Assembly (NCBI RefSeq): GCF_963921235.1
Contig: NC_086097.1
Location: forward strand, 59,460,001-59,524,000
DNA length: 64,000 nucleotides
Source of the DNA: Mobula hypostoma
Lineage: Eukaryota
Direction: 5' to 3'
Positions 34,927-50,197 of the stretch are shown in pieces. Under the pieces are notes generated by a model, which did not search any database, was not told where the DNA came from, and saw nothing but the letters and a program-made list of their open reading frames with translations. The translations under genes and the position numbers were made by a program. How positions within the stretch are numbered: the stretch's first letter is position 1; the number at the start of each line of letters is the position of its first letter.

Positions 34927-37900
34927 AATAAGATTTTTTTTGTTGACAATTCTTCTATAAATAGCACTTTCCTAAAAATCTTTCCACATTGCTTTCTCTG
35001 GATTTCTGCGTGACCTCCACCAATGTAAGTTGGCCTAGTGTGATCAAAGGGCTATTCTTGAAGAAACACACCTGAAAATCTATGACCACAGTAGTCCAAA
35101 CACAGATCAAAGTTAAATTACTCACAGAAGTTCGATAATGTAACACTTTACCAGAAGAACTAAATAACTTTGAACTCAGTTATCAAATGACAAAATAGAT
35201 TAACAATGTTCAACAAGTCAAATCTAAATTGTTAATTTACTCTTAAAAGATTTCAAGGGATGGAATGTGCTTTTTTGTCCCTGGGTTTTGATTAGATTTT
35301 TAGATTTTGATTTCTTCACTTCTTCCTTGATGATTAGATTCAGTAATGTGTGACTAGTTTGAGATTGTGTTGGAAATGGGTAACAAAAGACCTAACAGCA
35401 GTTGCTCACAATGTTTCTTGCACAACTAGCCTATATTTCGACCTCAGTCAAATGTGTGGACTCACTCTGAAGAAGAGATGATCTGTGAGCTATTCTATAC
35501 TGGCTCTCATACACGGGAACTCTCCTGATTTAACCAGAGACTCCAGTAATTTATGTAAATGAAGTGGCCCTGAGCACAAGAGCACAACTTGAAGAGGATG
35601 AAACTCCTCCAACAACCCATGGCCACACACGACCCTGATGGCGCAGCTGGGCACGTGAGAGGTGGCGACCTGTAGCTTAAAAGGATTCAGATACAGTCTG
35701 TGATCAATGGGAGTGTTTGTATTTGCGTTCATTGAAGGAAAATCCAGTTTCATGGAATTTTTTGGTTACATGGCTGGGAGAATTCCATGGAATTAATGCC
35801 ATTAAATTTAGTTGGCCGTACGTTGCTATGCAAAGTGAGCATTTTCAAGGGAAATGCACAACTTTGTGTTTTGTTTGTTCGATGTACTCTTTAGAGACAC
35901 TGAGGAATTTTGTTAACGAGATGACAGGGAACATGTACAGTTGGTTACAAATTCTGCCACAGCCTTGCAAGACCATGGCAGAATTTGTAACAAGCTGCTA
36001 CTTTGGGGTGGGGTGGATAGAAGGGACAGTGGGAGGAGTATGAGGCTTAACCTGTCATTGATCAGTGAGGTGCATTTTTTCCAGGAATTATTGCTAGCTT
36101 TAAAAGAAATTTTACTTGCAGAATACTAGAATACTGATTTGACTGGCTTGGTCATTAGTGATTTGAAACTTCTCAACTGTGTGTTCATTTGCATAAATTT
36201 AAATACTAATTATTAGACATTAATGCTTAAGATCAGCTTAAGAGGTACAAGGCATAATATGTAATCAAAGGGAGATATCCACAGAGTCCCATGCATTTCC
36301 CAACATCACTTCAGTAATGTTTCAGTAGAAACATTGGCAAAGAAACTTCACTGTGTTCCTCTAGGAATTCTACTGGTTCCCATTTGGAGAATGTGAAGAG
36401 GAAGTCCAGCATTGCTATTTTTGTAATGCAAATAACTATAGTGTGGAATTGTAATGTGAAAAATTTTCTGTGGTATAATAGAAAAGAATTGTCATTCAAA
36501 CCTTCTTCTGTCCAGAGATTGAAACTCTAATCAAATATACCATCCCAGGAAAGAACATATTATGTTTAATAATTCAAATTGTTATTTATCCTTAAAGCTT
36601 TCCATGATTGACTTGATATTTTAAGTTTTGAAAATCATGTCACTTCAGATGTTGCTGACCAGGTAGATTTAACTTGAATACATTTCCCATCGGAATATTA
36701 TTCTTCCATGTTTGTCTAAGGATTAATATGTGTGACCAAATAAAAAACCCACAATGTCATAGTTAAGCCAGTTCTTTTGTTTAATCAGAATTCAGTCTGT
36801 TTACCAAAATGGACTCTAGTTGTAATTGTAGCAAAAGTGCTCAGAAGAAAAAACAAACAGCAAAAACAATAATTTAATCTGGATGCATACAAAGGAAAAT
36901 CCATCACTGTCAATTGAGAATCTTGTACCCATTGATCTCAACCGGAACGTACACAGAGGACAGTAGAAATATAAGACAGTGAGCAATATAGCAAATGCAA
37001 AACTTAATTTTAAACTAAATTTTGATGTAAGTTCAAACTGATAAAATAATACTTCTGGAATTTTACCAGCCAGCGAGTCCAAAGTCCTTTCTCTCAATGA
37101 AGGGACCAGCATTTGTGAAGGTGTTCCAGGAATTGAATGGAGGAAATTGCTTTTTAATTAAATAAAAAAATCTACTGATAGAGTGCTTAATGTACTATTC
37201 AGGATGTCCCAACACTCTTTATAATTAATGAAGAACCTGTAAAGTGGAGTTATTACTGCAGTAATGCGACAGCTAATGCCTGCATAGACAGGACCCATGA
37301 TTAGAACTGTGGTATTGACCATTATTATTGATCCTTAATAATACTGAGCCAGAGAGAAATAATTTACTGGGCATTCTAGTGTGTTCTTAACCCATACTGA
37401 TGGCATGCCAAATGCATGTTGGCTTCATATTTAAATAATTACTTACCCAGAATATACCAACCACATTTCATTGCCTCAGTCAGGGCCCAAATTTGTGGTT
37501 GGCTAACAGCAAGCAAATGGGAGGCTTGGAATGTGGTCTTCGTTGGCAAGCGAAAAAGAAGAGCTGAAGAGGATAAGGGAATATTAAATTTTGGATCTAC
37601 ATTGGAAAGGATAAACTCCACCTTCTTAAGCTTGGGTGCAAGAGTTGGAGTAGGTTTCTGGTTGACTCAGGAGATATTGAAACATGCTCAGAAGGGGATG
37701 GGAGGAGACACTTTAAATTTGTCTTTTCAGGGTATGGGTTCCACTGGTTAGACCAGCATTTATTGCCCATTCCTAAATCATCCTTGAGAACTTCACCTGA
37801 AAGATACATGCATGTACATAGACACCATCAACAATACTAACCCCCCTATGCTCTTATATATGAATAAGGACAGGCAGCAACAGCCAAATAAAATATTGCA

Positions 37901-38370
37901 TCAACCAACTACCTCACACTTGGCATAACTGAAGTGACCTTTTGACAGCAGGACAACAGTATGAAAATCCACAGCATGTTCAGATCAAATAATCCTCTTA
38001 ATTTGCCCCCTCCCCACACACAAATGGTGTAAGCATTTTACTTTCCATCTTCCTCATTGGCATTTGCCATTACCTTGTAGATTGTAGACTGAAAGGAGGA
38101 AATGCAAGAACAACTTCAAGCTGGCCACGAGCTGGTAGAAGAAAAAGGAGGAAGTAAAGGCAACACCACAATTCACTTGAACTGAAATTTGGCGCAGGTA
38201 GCAGCAATGGCAGTTAAAGAGAGACTAACCGAGAAGAGACACACCATGATTGTTTGAGCAGGTGGCCTGGTGTCAGAGAGGGATAAATGACAGTGTAGGT
38301 GACAGCTTCCATGAGAGGAAGATCCCACCTAAGACCTGCTGTACTTCGAAGGGGGAGCTTATAGAAAAAA

Positions 38371-38432
38371 GGCTGCTGATCTAAACACATGCCTATGTTT
38401 TGGCTGCTGATCTAAACATATGCCTGTGCTTT
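38371..38432. repeat. 31-bp tandem duplication
   Basis: ggctgctgatctaaacaYatgcctRtgYttt at 38371 and 38402. Confidence 0.9.
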
Positions 38433-40689
38433 GATAGACCTACCACTAAGCCGACTGGAAAGGTTTCGGCACCATTTCCAGCAATAAGCAGTGAGCAGCT
38501 CCGATCCTTGTTTTACATCTGTTGGCCGATCACCCACTTCCACTACCTCACACCTACTGCCACAGAGGAAGGTTGAATAACTGCCATACAAGCTCACAAT
38601 ACTCGCAAGCAAGTTAAGACACTTGCAATTAAAGTGATGAACACTAGTATTTGAAGGAAACTGCAGACTGTGCTCCAATAGATTGTGTGAACTACTGAGG
38701 GACCGAAACCTGATGCATGAACATGCTGTATCCTCAAGGGTGATAACTTTCTCAGATCCATCTCATCAACTTATGATGTAGGATGGCCATTCATTCAAAC
38801 AGGTCCTCAAAAACAAAATGAAATCAAAAGTCAAACATTTAGGTTTCAAGCTGCTCAAGTTCGCCCACAAAACTGAGCTGCCACCTTGAATATTGGTAGT
38901 GAACAGCTGGTACGGTTACTGGAGTAACACTGCATAAGAGTGGATGCGTAAGCAAAATTGTTTGGAGAAGGCATAAGGTTATTCAGTCAGTTTGGTTTGC
39001 AAGCTTATTTCATATTGACTTTAATTTGTGTTGTCCATTTGGTGGCCAACAACAGAAGTTGGTCTGGGACCTGTTATGGAAAGGGAGTTGCTTATGCTAA
39101 TTGGTATTGTCAACATGGTGCTCTTTACAGGCAGGTCATCTTTCCCTCCTCTTTGCTTCTCCTGCAATGCGGCAGCTTGACCTATAACTGATGGCATGTT
39201 CTGAGCCATTATCACTAAGCATAAATAATAATGTGATAAAGCAATCCTGTTGTCATGGTGATAACTATTTGGTCAAGTACTGCATGATTGCTCCACAGCA
39301 GTCCAGTCAATGGAACTGTTTAAGGAATGTCGGTGGTCAGCTCCAGGATATTTCTATCCCCCAATACATCAGTAAGAGTGAAACTAAAAGAAGCAACTTC
39401 TTGTACTCACATTTGAAACAGGCATTGCCCTTTTCCAAATGAACATAAATGGCCCAGCATATACTTTAGTTCTCCACCTCAGGACTGACATACTGTGCCT
39501 AAAGCAGAAGGTGCCAATGATTCTGCCATGATTAAGGGAACTACAGAAGATATTCACAGATAAGAAGGACTGGATATTAAGTGAGATCTACATTTGCACA
39601 TATCAGTGGTTATCAGTGCCACTGCCATATTTGTATTGTTTTAGTTGGTCCAGCTTTGGATTGTATGTAGCCACGAGATGAAAATACCTACCATTGTATA
39701 ATTCAGTTGGTTACAAACTAATAATGTTAATTATATTTACATGTTTTAATTAGAGTACAATTAAAGTACCACTAATAATAGTTCATAGATATAGAGGTCA
39801 ATCTTGTAAACCTGTATTACCAGTTATTTCCTTCAAGATGACCAAAGGTCAACTTTTACTTTGGTTGTATTCCTAACAAAATTAACAATTATAATTAAAT
39901 TTTTTTTTGTGAGAATTCTGCTTGTGAGTCTCAATGATAGTCAAATTCATTGTCTCTCTCATCTAACTATTAAACAATACGTGTCAGTTGGAATGTGTCA
40001 GAATGAATGCAGATTACTAGCTGGTCTTTTGAAGTGTGAAAATAATAAGTTGAAGCTTTTCATAAATAATTCATTAAAGCACCCAACCATAATAATGTAA
40101 AGACAGCAAGGTAGCTCTGTAATGAGATGATTTCACCCTGTCAGATTATATCAATTTATTAGCTATATTCCAACTTGTTGCTAGGCAATGCTTAATGCGA
40201 ACATGATAACTATTCTGATGATTGCAGTTACCAGGAGGTTTCCTCTTTGCCAGGTGGCAAGGAATGGAGGTCAGGTCGGAGACAGCAGGACTAACCAAAT
40301 CTTTTTAAATTCAATAGTTTGAAAATCATAATTAATTTGTTTTATTTAAATATCACACTTTACTTGATTTATCACAGTAAATATCTTCTTGTCCTTTGCC
40401 TCAAATATTATTCAAAGTTTGGTATAATATTCACATTTCTTTTCCCATTACAAACTGATTTGTTGTGCTTTTGCACCAGCCATACTTTGTCCATAAACTG
40501 CAAAAAAGGATATCCACAATCAAAGAGTGGGTTACGGTTAATATGGTGTTATTTCAATTATTCTATATGTTAATGTACTACTCCACTTCACTTTTTTCCT
40601 ATTTCCTTTACAGCAGTTAGAAGTTTTCTCCAGCACAATGGATAGAACATCATGGTACCCAAGTGTCTCTCCATTTTCTCAGCAAATAC

Positions 40690-42430
40690 TGGTAAGCAGG
40701 AGTGCAAGTACTAATGGGGGTGTTTGATAGACTAAGTTAGTGCACAAAACTTCAGCAGACACAGTATAATGTACAAAATGTGAGATTATCCTCTTTGGGA
40801 GGAAGGCTATAAATGCAGGAATTGCTTAAATATTGAATAATGATGTAGAGATGGATGCCTTTTTACCTGAGGCAATGAAAAGCTAACATTCAACAGGTAA
40901 TTAGGGAAGCAAATGGATGAGTATGAAAGTAGAGAAGGCTTGCCACAACTGTACAGGATGCTGATGAGACCAAACCTGGAATCCTGTGTATGGTTCTGGA
41001 CTCTCTATTCAAGGAAGGACATACTCGCATTGGAGGTCAAACTAGGCTGAAGAAGTTTGTGAAGAGAGATTGACCAGGTTGTCTTCATAATGATCAAAAT
41101 TTAGAAGAATAATAATAAGTAATCTTACTGAAACAAATAAGTTTTCAAGAGGGATTGAGAAGGTAAGTGCTAAAATCTACTTTATCCCCCTTAAGGGAAT
41201 ATAGTTTCAGAAGAAAAGAACATATCTGTTATATTAAAAAAAATAAGTCAGATGCAGAAAACAATTTCTTTCAGAGAGAAATTAATCTTTGGATTTCTCT
41301 ACTCTACAGAACTGAGAATGGCATATCAGTGAAATACATTCAGCCTAGATGGACAGATTTTTGGATTCCAGATTCAAGGGTTATGGGAAACAGGTAGGAA
41401 AGTAGAACTGAGGCCAAAATCAGAACAGTATCATCTTATTGAATGGTGGAGCAGCTGGCAGGAACCATATTGCTGCATCTTTGTTGAACATGCTCATATA
41501 TTTAATGCATGATAAATAAATCAGGCAGAGTTTGAAATATGAAATCAGTGAAATGTGTGGTTAGATTCTTTGTAAGAAAAAGAGAGAGACATAATACAAT
41601 ACTTGATAAGTATCATAATTTTAAAGAGAAGGGATTTACAGTATATTGTCTGCATCATACATTTGTGACAGAGAAGGTCAACAAAGCAACTTCTAGCATT
41701 ATAGGATTTGGGGCTACTAAGTAGAGAAATTAACCATAAAATCCAGAAAATTATGCTAAATACTCATGTGTGAGTACTGAGCACATTTCTGGGTTCAAAA
41801 TTTTGAAGGTGCCACAAAGCATTGGAGAAGGAACAGAGGGAATATCCCAGCATGATGCTGAGTGTAAGGGATGAATTACATGGATAGAATAAAAACAAAA
41901 AAGGCTAAGAGAAAAAGCTGATACTTTAGATTATGAAGAGTTTAGACAGATGTAATTAAAGAGAACCTTTTCAACTGCTACATAGTAAGTTAGAGAATAT
42001 AGGTTTAAGATGATTGACAAAATAGCAGTTGTAAGATAAAATATTTTCCCTGCACAGTGACTGGTTTGGATTTGTCACATGTCATTTCATGCAGATGTAG
42101 ATATAAGGTTAATGATAATCTTTGCACAGCAATAGAATAAACATTTGAAGGGAAAAAATTCCAGGTAACTGGAGTGTTCCTGGTTATTGGGGGAGAAACA
42201 TTGTTTAAAAATAAGGGAGAACTCATTTTAGATAGAGATGAGTCAAGTATTTTCTGAGAGTTAAAAGTCTTCGTTACACTTCGTCAAACAAGATTTTGGT
42301 AAACTTAGATAGATATTCAACAAGGGTGTGAGAAGTTACAGTGGATGGAAAATAAAATATTGGAGTTATAATCCTATCTGCCAAAGGTTTATTAAATGCC
42401 AGAGCAGATTTAAGGAGTTGAGCACCTTCT
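40690..42430 (+). mobile_element. Two or more old, degraded CR1 3' fragments
   Basis: Decayed LYRMLMRPNLESCVWFWTLYSRKDI near 40950-41025, and CR1-type 3' UTR remnants near 41380-41460 and 42330-42430. Confidence 0.6.
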
Positions 42431-43459
42431 TCAAATCCTTGTCTTTGCAGGTTCATAGACATTTCTTTTCTAAACTCCTCCATTTCCCTACCTCTTCTCT
42501 TCAAGATATTTTTTAAAATGTAACTTTCAACTGCTTTGGAATAATTGTGTATTTATGAAGTGTAGTGCTAGCTTCAGCAGTCATTTCTGATCTTTCCTTA
42601 GTACGTAAACCTAATCACAGTTCCTTTTCAAATCAACTGGGATAGAACAACCTTTGCAAATGTTATAGTCCATCCGTTGCTATATTCTCTGTTATAGATT
42701 GTGCAAATTAACTCCTGAATTCTTCACCATTCTTGCTAGAAAATACGTTATTTATGCCACTCAAGTGTAAAAACTATACAACTATGTAATTTTTCAACCT
42801 AGAATTGATCCCTATAACTTGAATTTACTCAGTATCAATGCATAATGTCAGTGAAGTGCGCACATCAGTTCTGCCTGTCACATACTGAAGGTTGTTCCTC
42901 AGTGCTAGGATGCCAGATGCTCTTCTTTAAGTAGCAGACATAGGATTCAGTCACTTTCAGGGTAATTATTTGTGAAACTTTTATTCATTCAAAGTATTTA
43001 CATCTGTCTTTCCAAAATCATTCATCTACTTAAAGCTAAAGATTTCTGATCACAAAAGCTCAGTTTCACTTTTCTACAAAATAGTGAATATTATCACAAG
43101 AAAATTAACCTGGTTTTTGAATTAAAATTGAATAAAAATATAAAACATCAAATTAAAATAATCTCCCTGTGATTCAGTTACTTTAATTAGGTATTTTGAT
43201 CGCTTCCAAATTCAGAGAAGGTAATAGAGTAGATTTATATAAAGTTGTAAAGTATTTATGCTGTGTACCTCAAATTTAGGCCACATCATCTTTCTTAAGA
43301 GACATTTTGTGAATTGAGTTCTTTGAGAATTATAAATAGTCTAAATTTCCAGGTAATTGCTAAAGTCCTCTAGGTTCTTAATGCTTTAGAACCATAAGGA
43401 ACTGAACAACTAGGATATACATGATGACATTGGATATGTGGACATCAGTTCTGGGATTT

Positions 43460-44045
43460 GGGTTTCATATACATATTCCAGGTGCAACATGGACGTCAAA
43501 AGAAGAATAGGGATGGCAAAAGACACCATTATGAGAATGAAGAATATACTGACCAATCCTAAACTATGCATGAAAACCTTCCTCAGAGTACTGAAATGTT
43601 ACGTTTATTCAGTTATGTTATATGTCTCAGTATGTTGGACAGTATCTAGTAACATGAGGAAATGAATTGAAGCAGCAGAGATGTGTTTTTTGCAGAGGAT
43701 GCAAAGAATATCATGGATGAAACAAATATCTAACGTGGATGTCATGAACAGAGCAAACACAAAAAGATCCTGATCACAAAAATATAATGTATGAGATCAT
43801 GAAAAGGCAACGTAACTTCATTGGACATGTGATTAGGAAAGAGGAGTTAGAATGCACGGTAATTATGGGAAAGATTGAAGGGAAGAAAGCAAGAAGAAGA
43901 CAAAGACAAATGATGATGGAAACAGCAGCCAGAGAACTGGAAATGAATATCAATGAATTGATCCACTTGACCCAAAAGAGGAGTGTGTGGGCCATGGCAG
44001 TCAAAGCTCAAACTGGGCACGGCACCTGATGATGATGATGGTGAT
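43460..44045 (+). mobile_element. RTE-clade LINE, 5'-truncated
   Basis: DVKRRIGMAK..LKCYVYSVMLY..IEAAEM..FIGHVIRKEELE..GKIEGKKARRRQR, with a (GAT)n tail at ~44028-44045. Confidence 0.9.
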
Positions 44046-44251
44046 AGATTGTATTACAATTATTATCCAAAAATTAAGGTACTTTCTTACTCAGTCAAGA
44101 GTTGTTACATTTTCCCAAAGAAAATAATAACGATCAATGATTAGTGTACAGTAGAAGGAATCTGAAATTTGATTTTTCAAATTTCAGCCTATTTGGATAT
44201 AGAAATGTCATTATTCTTTTGAACGTAATTTCATCACACATGGTCTCTCGA

Positions 44252-44416
44252 GAGATTGAAGGGAAGAAAACAAGAGGAAGACAAAGACAAATGATAATGG
44301 AGACAGCAGCCAGAGAAATGGAAATGAATATCAATGAATGGATCCACTTGACCCGAAACAGGAGTGTGTGGGCCATGGCAGTCAAAGCTCAAACTGGGCA
44401 TAGCACCTGATGATGA
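44252..44416 (+). mobile_element. Second, shorter copy of the same RTE 3' end
   Basis: Near-identical to 43872-44035. Ends cacctgatgatga. Confidence 0.9.
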
Positions 44417-45499
44417 AGCATGATGTACGTCACCAGTGGACTGAACATGCAGAAGAAAATCTGAACAGCGAATGATTCCTCCTTCAGTGTTACTTAAAGA
44501 TAACTTGCTGAACAGACCTCAATTTGTGGAATCCAGAGCTCGACCCCCACCCCCCAACCCAGTAAATATGATCCCCTTCTGAAATGCACACCCAATCAAT
44601 GAATGATTACTGACAGAGATTTCCAACTTTGGTCAATTCACAATAGGTGCAAGCTTTTCCATTACTTCTGAACTCTGAGAAATTGACTCACATTATGCAC
44701 AACATATTGATTTGGTTAGTCCCAAATTCTAGGCATACACACTTTCCAAGCAGTTATAAATCTAGTCCTTATCATCTTCTGTTATCATGGATCATATTGT
44801 AACCAATCACAGTAAATGAATTATAAATAGGTTGTTTAAGTTTGCCAACCCTCCCCAATGGCAGTTAACTACCAGCCTCCCCCACAAATCCCAATTACCC
44901 TGCTCCTTCAAACTCCCAACCCTACACCAACCTCTAACACCATCACCAACAAATCCCTCCTCCTCACCAGATGCATTCCCTTCCTTGACCACCAATGATA
45001 CAACTAATACCAATACCCCATCTCACTTACCTCCCATCTACCAGACCACCCCTCATGACTCCCGATCACCTCCTCTTGACTACAGAGTCCTCTTAACTCC
45101 CAATCATGCCCAACTACACATTCAACCACCAACTACAGGAAGATCCTAATTACCAATCCTCTGATTTCAAGAGACACAACTAACTGCAGTTGATACTTGA
45201 CCCACAGAGATCCCAGAGTAACTCGTTTCTTGCCTCTGATTTCATAAATAATATTTTAACCACAAATCCCTCAAACAATGATTCTTCACCCTATCTGACT
45301 TCTAGTAGCCCTGTGAATGTTGACTATTCCCCAATATTGCTATCTCCTGATACTGACCACTCCACTGATCCACTGACATCATCTCAAACAGTCCCCTACT
45401 GCTATCTACCAAAAGCAGAAATCTCCCTTTCACTGACATCCATGTCCCAGCTATACCCCATCCAAACTTTACTCTCTGTTATGGAAAATTGAAGGATTA

Positions 45500-47690
45500 T
45501 AAGACCATAATGTATAGGAGCAGAATTAAGCCATTTGGCTCTGCCATTTCATTATGGCTAATCCAATTTTACTCTCAGCCCCAGTCTCCTGACTTCTCCC
45601 TGTATCTCCTGCCCTGACCAATCAAGAGTTTATCATCCTCTGCCTTAAATATACATAAAGACTTGGCCTCCACAGCTGCCTGTGACAAAGAATTCCACAG
45701 ATTCACCACTCGCTTGCTAAAGGAGTTCCTCCTTATATCCATTCTAAAAGGACGCCCCTCCATTTTGATGCTGTGTCCTCTGGCCTTAGACTCTCCCACC
45801 ATTGGAAACATCCTCTCTACATCCATTCTATCAAGACTTTTCACTATTCAATAGATTTTTATGAGGTCACCCCTTATTCTTCTGAATTCTAGTGAATACT
45901 GGACCAGATCTATCAATGTTCTTCACATGATAAGCCATTCAATCCTGGAATCATTTTCGTGAACCTCCTTTGAACTCTCTCCAGTTACAGCACATCTTTT
46001 CTAAGATATGGGGATCAAACATGTTTATAAGTGAGGCCTTATTAGTGCTTTATAAAGTCTCAACATTACACCCTTGCTTTTATATTCTAGTCCTCTTGAA
46101 ATGAATTCTAACACTGCATTTGCATTCCTCACCACAGACTCAACCTGCAAATTAACTTTTATGGAATCCTACAGAAGATCTCTCAAGTACCTTTGTGTCT
46201 CAGTTTTCTTTTGTAACTTTTTTCCATTTTGAAAATAGTTTACCCTTTCAATTCTTGTACCAAAGTGCATGACCATATACTTCCTAACACTGCCATTTAT
46301 TTGCCCATTCTCCTAATCTGCCTGTCCTTCTGTAGCATCTCTACTTCTCAAAACTACCTACCCCTCCAGCTATCGTCATATCTTCTGCAAACTTTACACA
46401 CCCAGACCCATCAATTTCATCATCCAAATCATTGACATATAATGTAAAAAGAATGAAGCAGTGCCTATATAGATTCCTGTGGAACACTACTGGTCACCGA
46501 CAATCAGTCAAAAGGTCTCCCTTTATTCTCACTCTTTACTTCCTGCCAATCAACCACTCCTTTATCCAAGTTAGAACCCATCCTGTAATACCATAACCTC
46601 ACAGCTTTTTAAGCTACCTCATGTGTGGCACCTTGTCAAAGGCTTTCTGAAAATTCAAGTGGGAAACATCAATCAATTCTCCTTTGTCTATCCTGCTTGT
46701 TATTTCTTCAAAGAATTCCAACAGATATGTCAGGCATAATTCTCCCTTGAGGAAACTGTGCTGACTAAAGCCTATTTTGTCATGTGCCTCCAAGTACCCT
46801 GAGACCTCATCCTTAATATTCGACTCCAACATCTTCCCAACCACTGAGGTCAGACTAACTGGCCTGCAGTTTCTTCTCTTCTGCCTCTTTCCCTTCTTGA
46901 AGCCTGAAGTGACATTTGCAATTTTCCAGTATTCTTGGACTATTCCAGAATCTTGTAATTCTTGAAAGATCATTATTAATGCCACCACAATCTCTTCAGC
47001 CATCTCTGTCAGAACTCTGGGGTGTACACCATTTGGTCCAGGTGACTTATCCATCTTCAAACCTTTTGGTTTCCCAAGGACCTTCTCTCTATTTATGCTA
47101 ATGTCACACCCTTCATGCCCTCTGATACCTGGAAATTCCACCATATTGCTAGTGCCTTCCACAGTGAATACTGATGCAAAATACTTATTCAGTTTGTCCG
47201 CCATTTCGTTGTTCCACATACCTACCTCTCATTGTTTGCCAGCAGTCCGATAAGAAATCTCGTCTCTCTTTTACACTTTATGTATCTGAAGAAACTTCTG
47301 GTATCCTCTTTAATATTATTGGCTAGCTTACTTTTGTATTCCATCTTTACCTTCTTAATGACCTTTTTTATTTGCCTTCTGTTGGTTTTTAAAAGCTTCC
47401 CAATCCTCTACTAACTTCCAACTAATTTTGGCTCTGTTATATGCCCTCCCTTTGGCTTTAATGTTGGCATTGACTTCTCTTGTTAGCCACGGTTGTGTCA
47501 TCTTTCCTTTAGAATACTTCTTCCTCTTTGGGATGTATAAATTCTATGCCTTCCAAATTGCTTCCAGAAATTCCAACCTTTGCTGCTGTGTGTCATCCCT
47601 GCCAGCGTCCTTTTCCAATCAATTTTGGCCAACTCCTCTCTGATGCTTCTGTAATTCCCTTTACTCCACTGATACATCTGACTTTATCTG
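45500..47690 (-). mobile_element. CR1 LINE, 5'-truncated ORF2
   Basis: ORF 46614-47219: [37 protein letters not shown] 45575-45844 is the C-terminus. accataa-type tail at ~45500. Confidence 0.92.
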
Positions 47691-50197
47691 GATAATGGAG
47701 ATCTGTTTTGTTGGCAGGATACACTCCATGAGTTTGTTCTATATCTAACATGCTGGAAAGTAGACCATAAGATAAAATATCTGACTCAGCAACTCTGTGC
47801 TCCCCTTGCCTGAAAATGGATGTCTTTTTATGATTTTGAAGATAAGCATATCACTTTCAGGTACAAGGCTTCTGAAGTTTTATTCTGCTAGACTCTTAAG
47901 TACATTTTTCTTGACTGCAATCTCAGAGGTCCATTGTTGATATCTTAGTTCACGCTGTGATCTTCTTCCTTCACCTGCACCTCAACATGCTGAATTCAAA
48001 TCTCTCATCATCAGTTACATTCTCTCCATGACCACATGCTACTGAGCTTCTGCAGCCTGTGTCAGACTAGTATACAAGCTCCATTGATTTTGCATCCTAA
48101 CTCCACATTCACAGAATGATAGATGGTGACAACAACAAAGGCCTTTTGGCCTATTGTGTCTATGCTGGTTCTGCACAGAAACAATCCTGGCTTCCCAGTT
48201 CTCTTGATTGCTCCAAAGTTCTACTTTTGGTGCAGGCACTTCTGGGTCAGTCTAGAATGCTTTTCTTAATTCTCCTAACTTCCCTCCTCCAAGTCTGTAT
48301 GATATTATTGATGGGTCTCTGTGTCTTCATTTAAACTTAACGTAGTATCTTCATATACTTTCACTGAACTCTTCTTGTTTGGCATAGCTGACAATTTCTT
48401 CTGACCCAACAGTGTAATTATGATTGAATGCTGCATATATCAATTTAAATGTGTTATTAATATGAGGCCACTACTGAAGCTCCAATTTTTTTTTCAAATT
48501 GTATACCAGGATATAATAATAAATGCTCCAAAATAATGTTTTTTTTTTGCTTTTTTTTATAGATAATTCCATCAGACACTTTCTATAATGTGCTGAATCA
48601 AATCATAAACATCATCGGAAGTAATTCATTCTAAGTCAAACAACATATTTTAAAAAGGTCAGACAGAAAACTAAATGAAGAGTTGGATGTATTCTGCAGC
48701 AAAATTTAATCACTGACTGCCAGAGTAAAATATTGCCTTCCGATTTCCTCAGTTTTCTCTCATTTGCCTGAAATATTTTCCACTAATTTTATTTTGCATA
48801 TTTGATAGCAAGGTGAAACTAAAGCTGCTTACGTTGAAGCATCTTGCATAGTACAACTTGTTTATAGAGACAGCAAACTTGCTGCTTCAAGGATGTAAGC
48901 TGACCTCTCTCTTTGATTTTGCTATTAATTAAAGTACTACAGGTTGCTTCTCCTTAAGTGGAATATGGACAATTTATTTTCTATTAGAGACAACAACTTG
49001 AAGCCTTTTTCTTTGGGTCCATTATCTTCAGTAATTCAAATAGAGCACTTTCAATGAAAGTGCTTTTCAATAAATGCCTTTTGCCCATATTATTTAATAC
49101 CTATTCAAATACTGGTTATAAATAACATGGACAAAAGGCATAGCTAGCACAGTTTATTTTCCTACATTATAACTCTGTTACATTTCTGTTTTATTTATAG
49201 TCTTTTAGGGCTACTCTAAAAGATAATTACTTAAAATCCTAGAAACAGAAAGTGACTATTTGACCTATTGTGCCTTCAGAATAGGATATTCAGCTACCTA
49301 ATTAGGTCTGCTTACTAGGTCTGTTTTGAAGTCTTGCTCTTAAAGGATTTTTTTCCTGAATAAATGTCTGTTCCTTCACATCAATATCAACATCGCTCTT
49401 TATATAAAATCTGGCCAGAAGTCCCTATACAATGTTCAAGTACAGAGGGAAACCCATGTCAGTTCTTTGATTGAGCTATCCAATTATTCCTACTCTTTTG
49501 TTTTTCCCCAGTCTACCAGTTCCCTGCCCCCTTTATGCCTAACCCAAGGAGTGTCTATTAACCAACTGAAACACCATGCCCAAAGGTGCATGGAAAGTAG
49601 AATGAAAGCATCATTTGAAAATGCAATAATGATTGACATCAGCATTTATTTGGATGGGCATTTCAATTTGCATAATTTTTAATATTGCATTATTAATAAG
49701 TATAAAACAAAATATGCATTGGGAGCAAATATAGGCCCAGCATAAATAATGGAAGGAGTACCATAACTCACAAACCAGTCCCCTGCTAGTCTTAGCAAAT
49801 ACTCCCTACTCCATCTGTAGCAGAATCTGTGGGTGAAACATTGGCCTCAGTCACGTTAGAACTCACAAAATGGTGGAAGAAAGTCATATTCAACCCCAAT
49901 GTATCCACCAGAAAGAGGAGAATTCATACATTATATTTATATACATTTTAATTAACTGACTTCAATTTTCTCAGTTACTTTTGTGGGATTTGACCATTTT
50001 AGTGCTAGTAATCTGGATCATTCACCCATTAACACAAAGTACTAAACAATCAATCTCTACATAAAACCCAAACTGTGAATGGTCTGAGCATTGATTCATA
50101 TGGAACATCATTGCCCAGCTTGACTAGTCTGAATAATTGCTTTTAACTCCTTGTTTTGTTGCTATTTTCCTCTGATCCCTGCATTCTTGCTTTGGAA

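Noticed and set aside
44830..45490. Pro/Ser/Thr-rich ORFs (105 aa and 100 aa)
   Set aside because: C/A-skewed low-complexity sequence with no recognisable domain or splice context.
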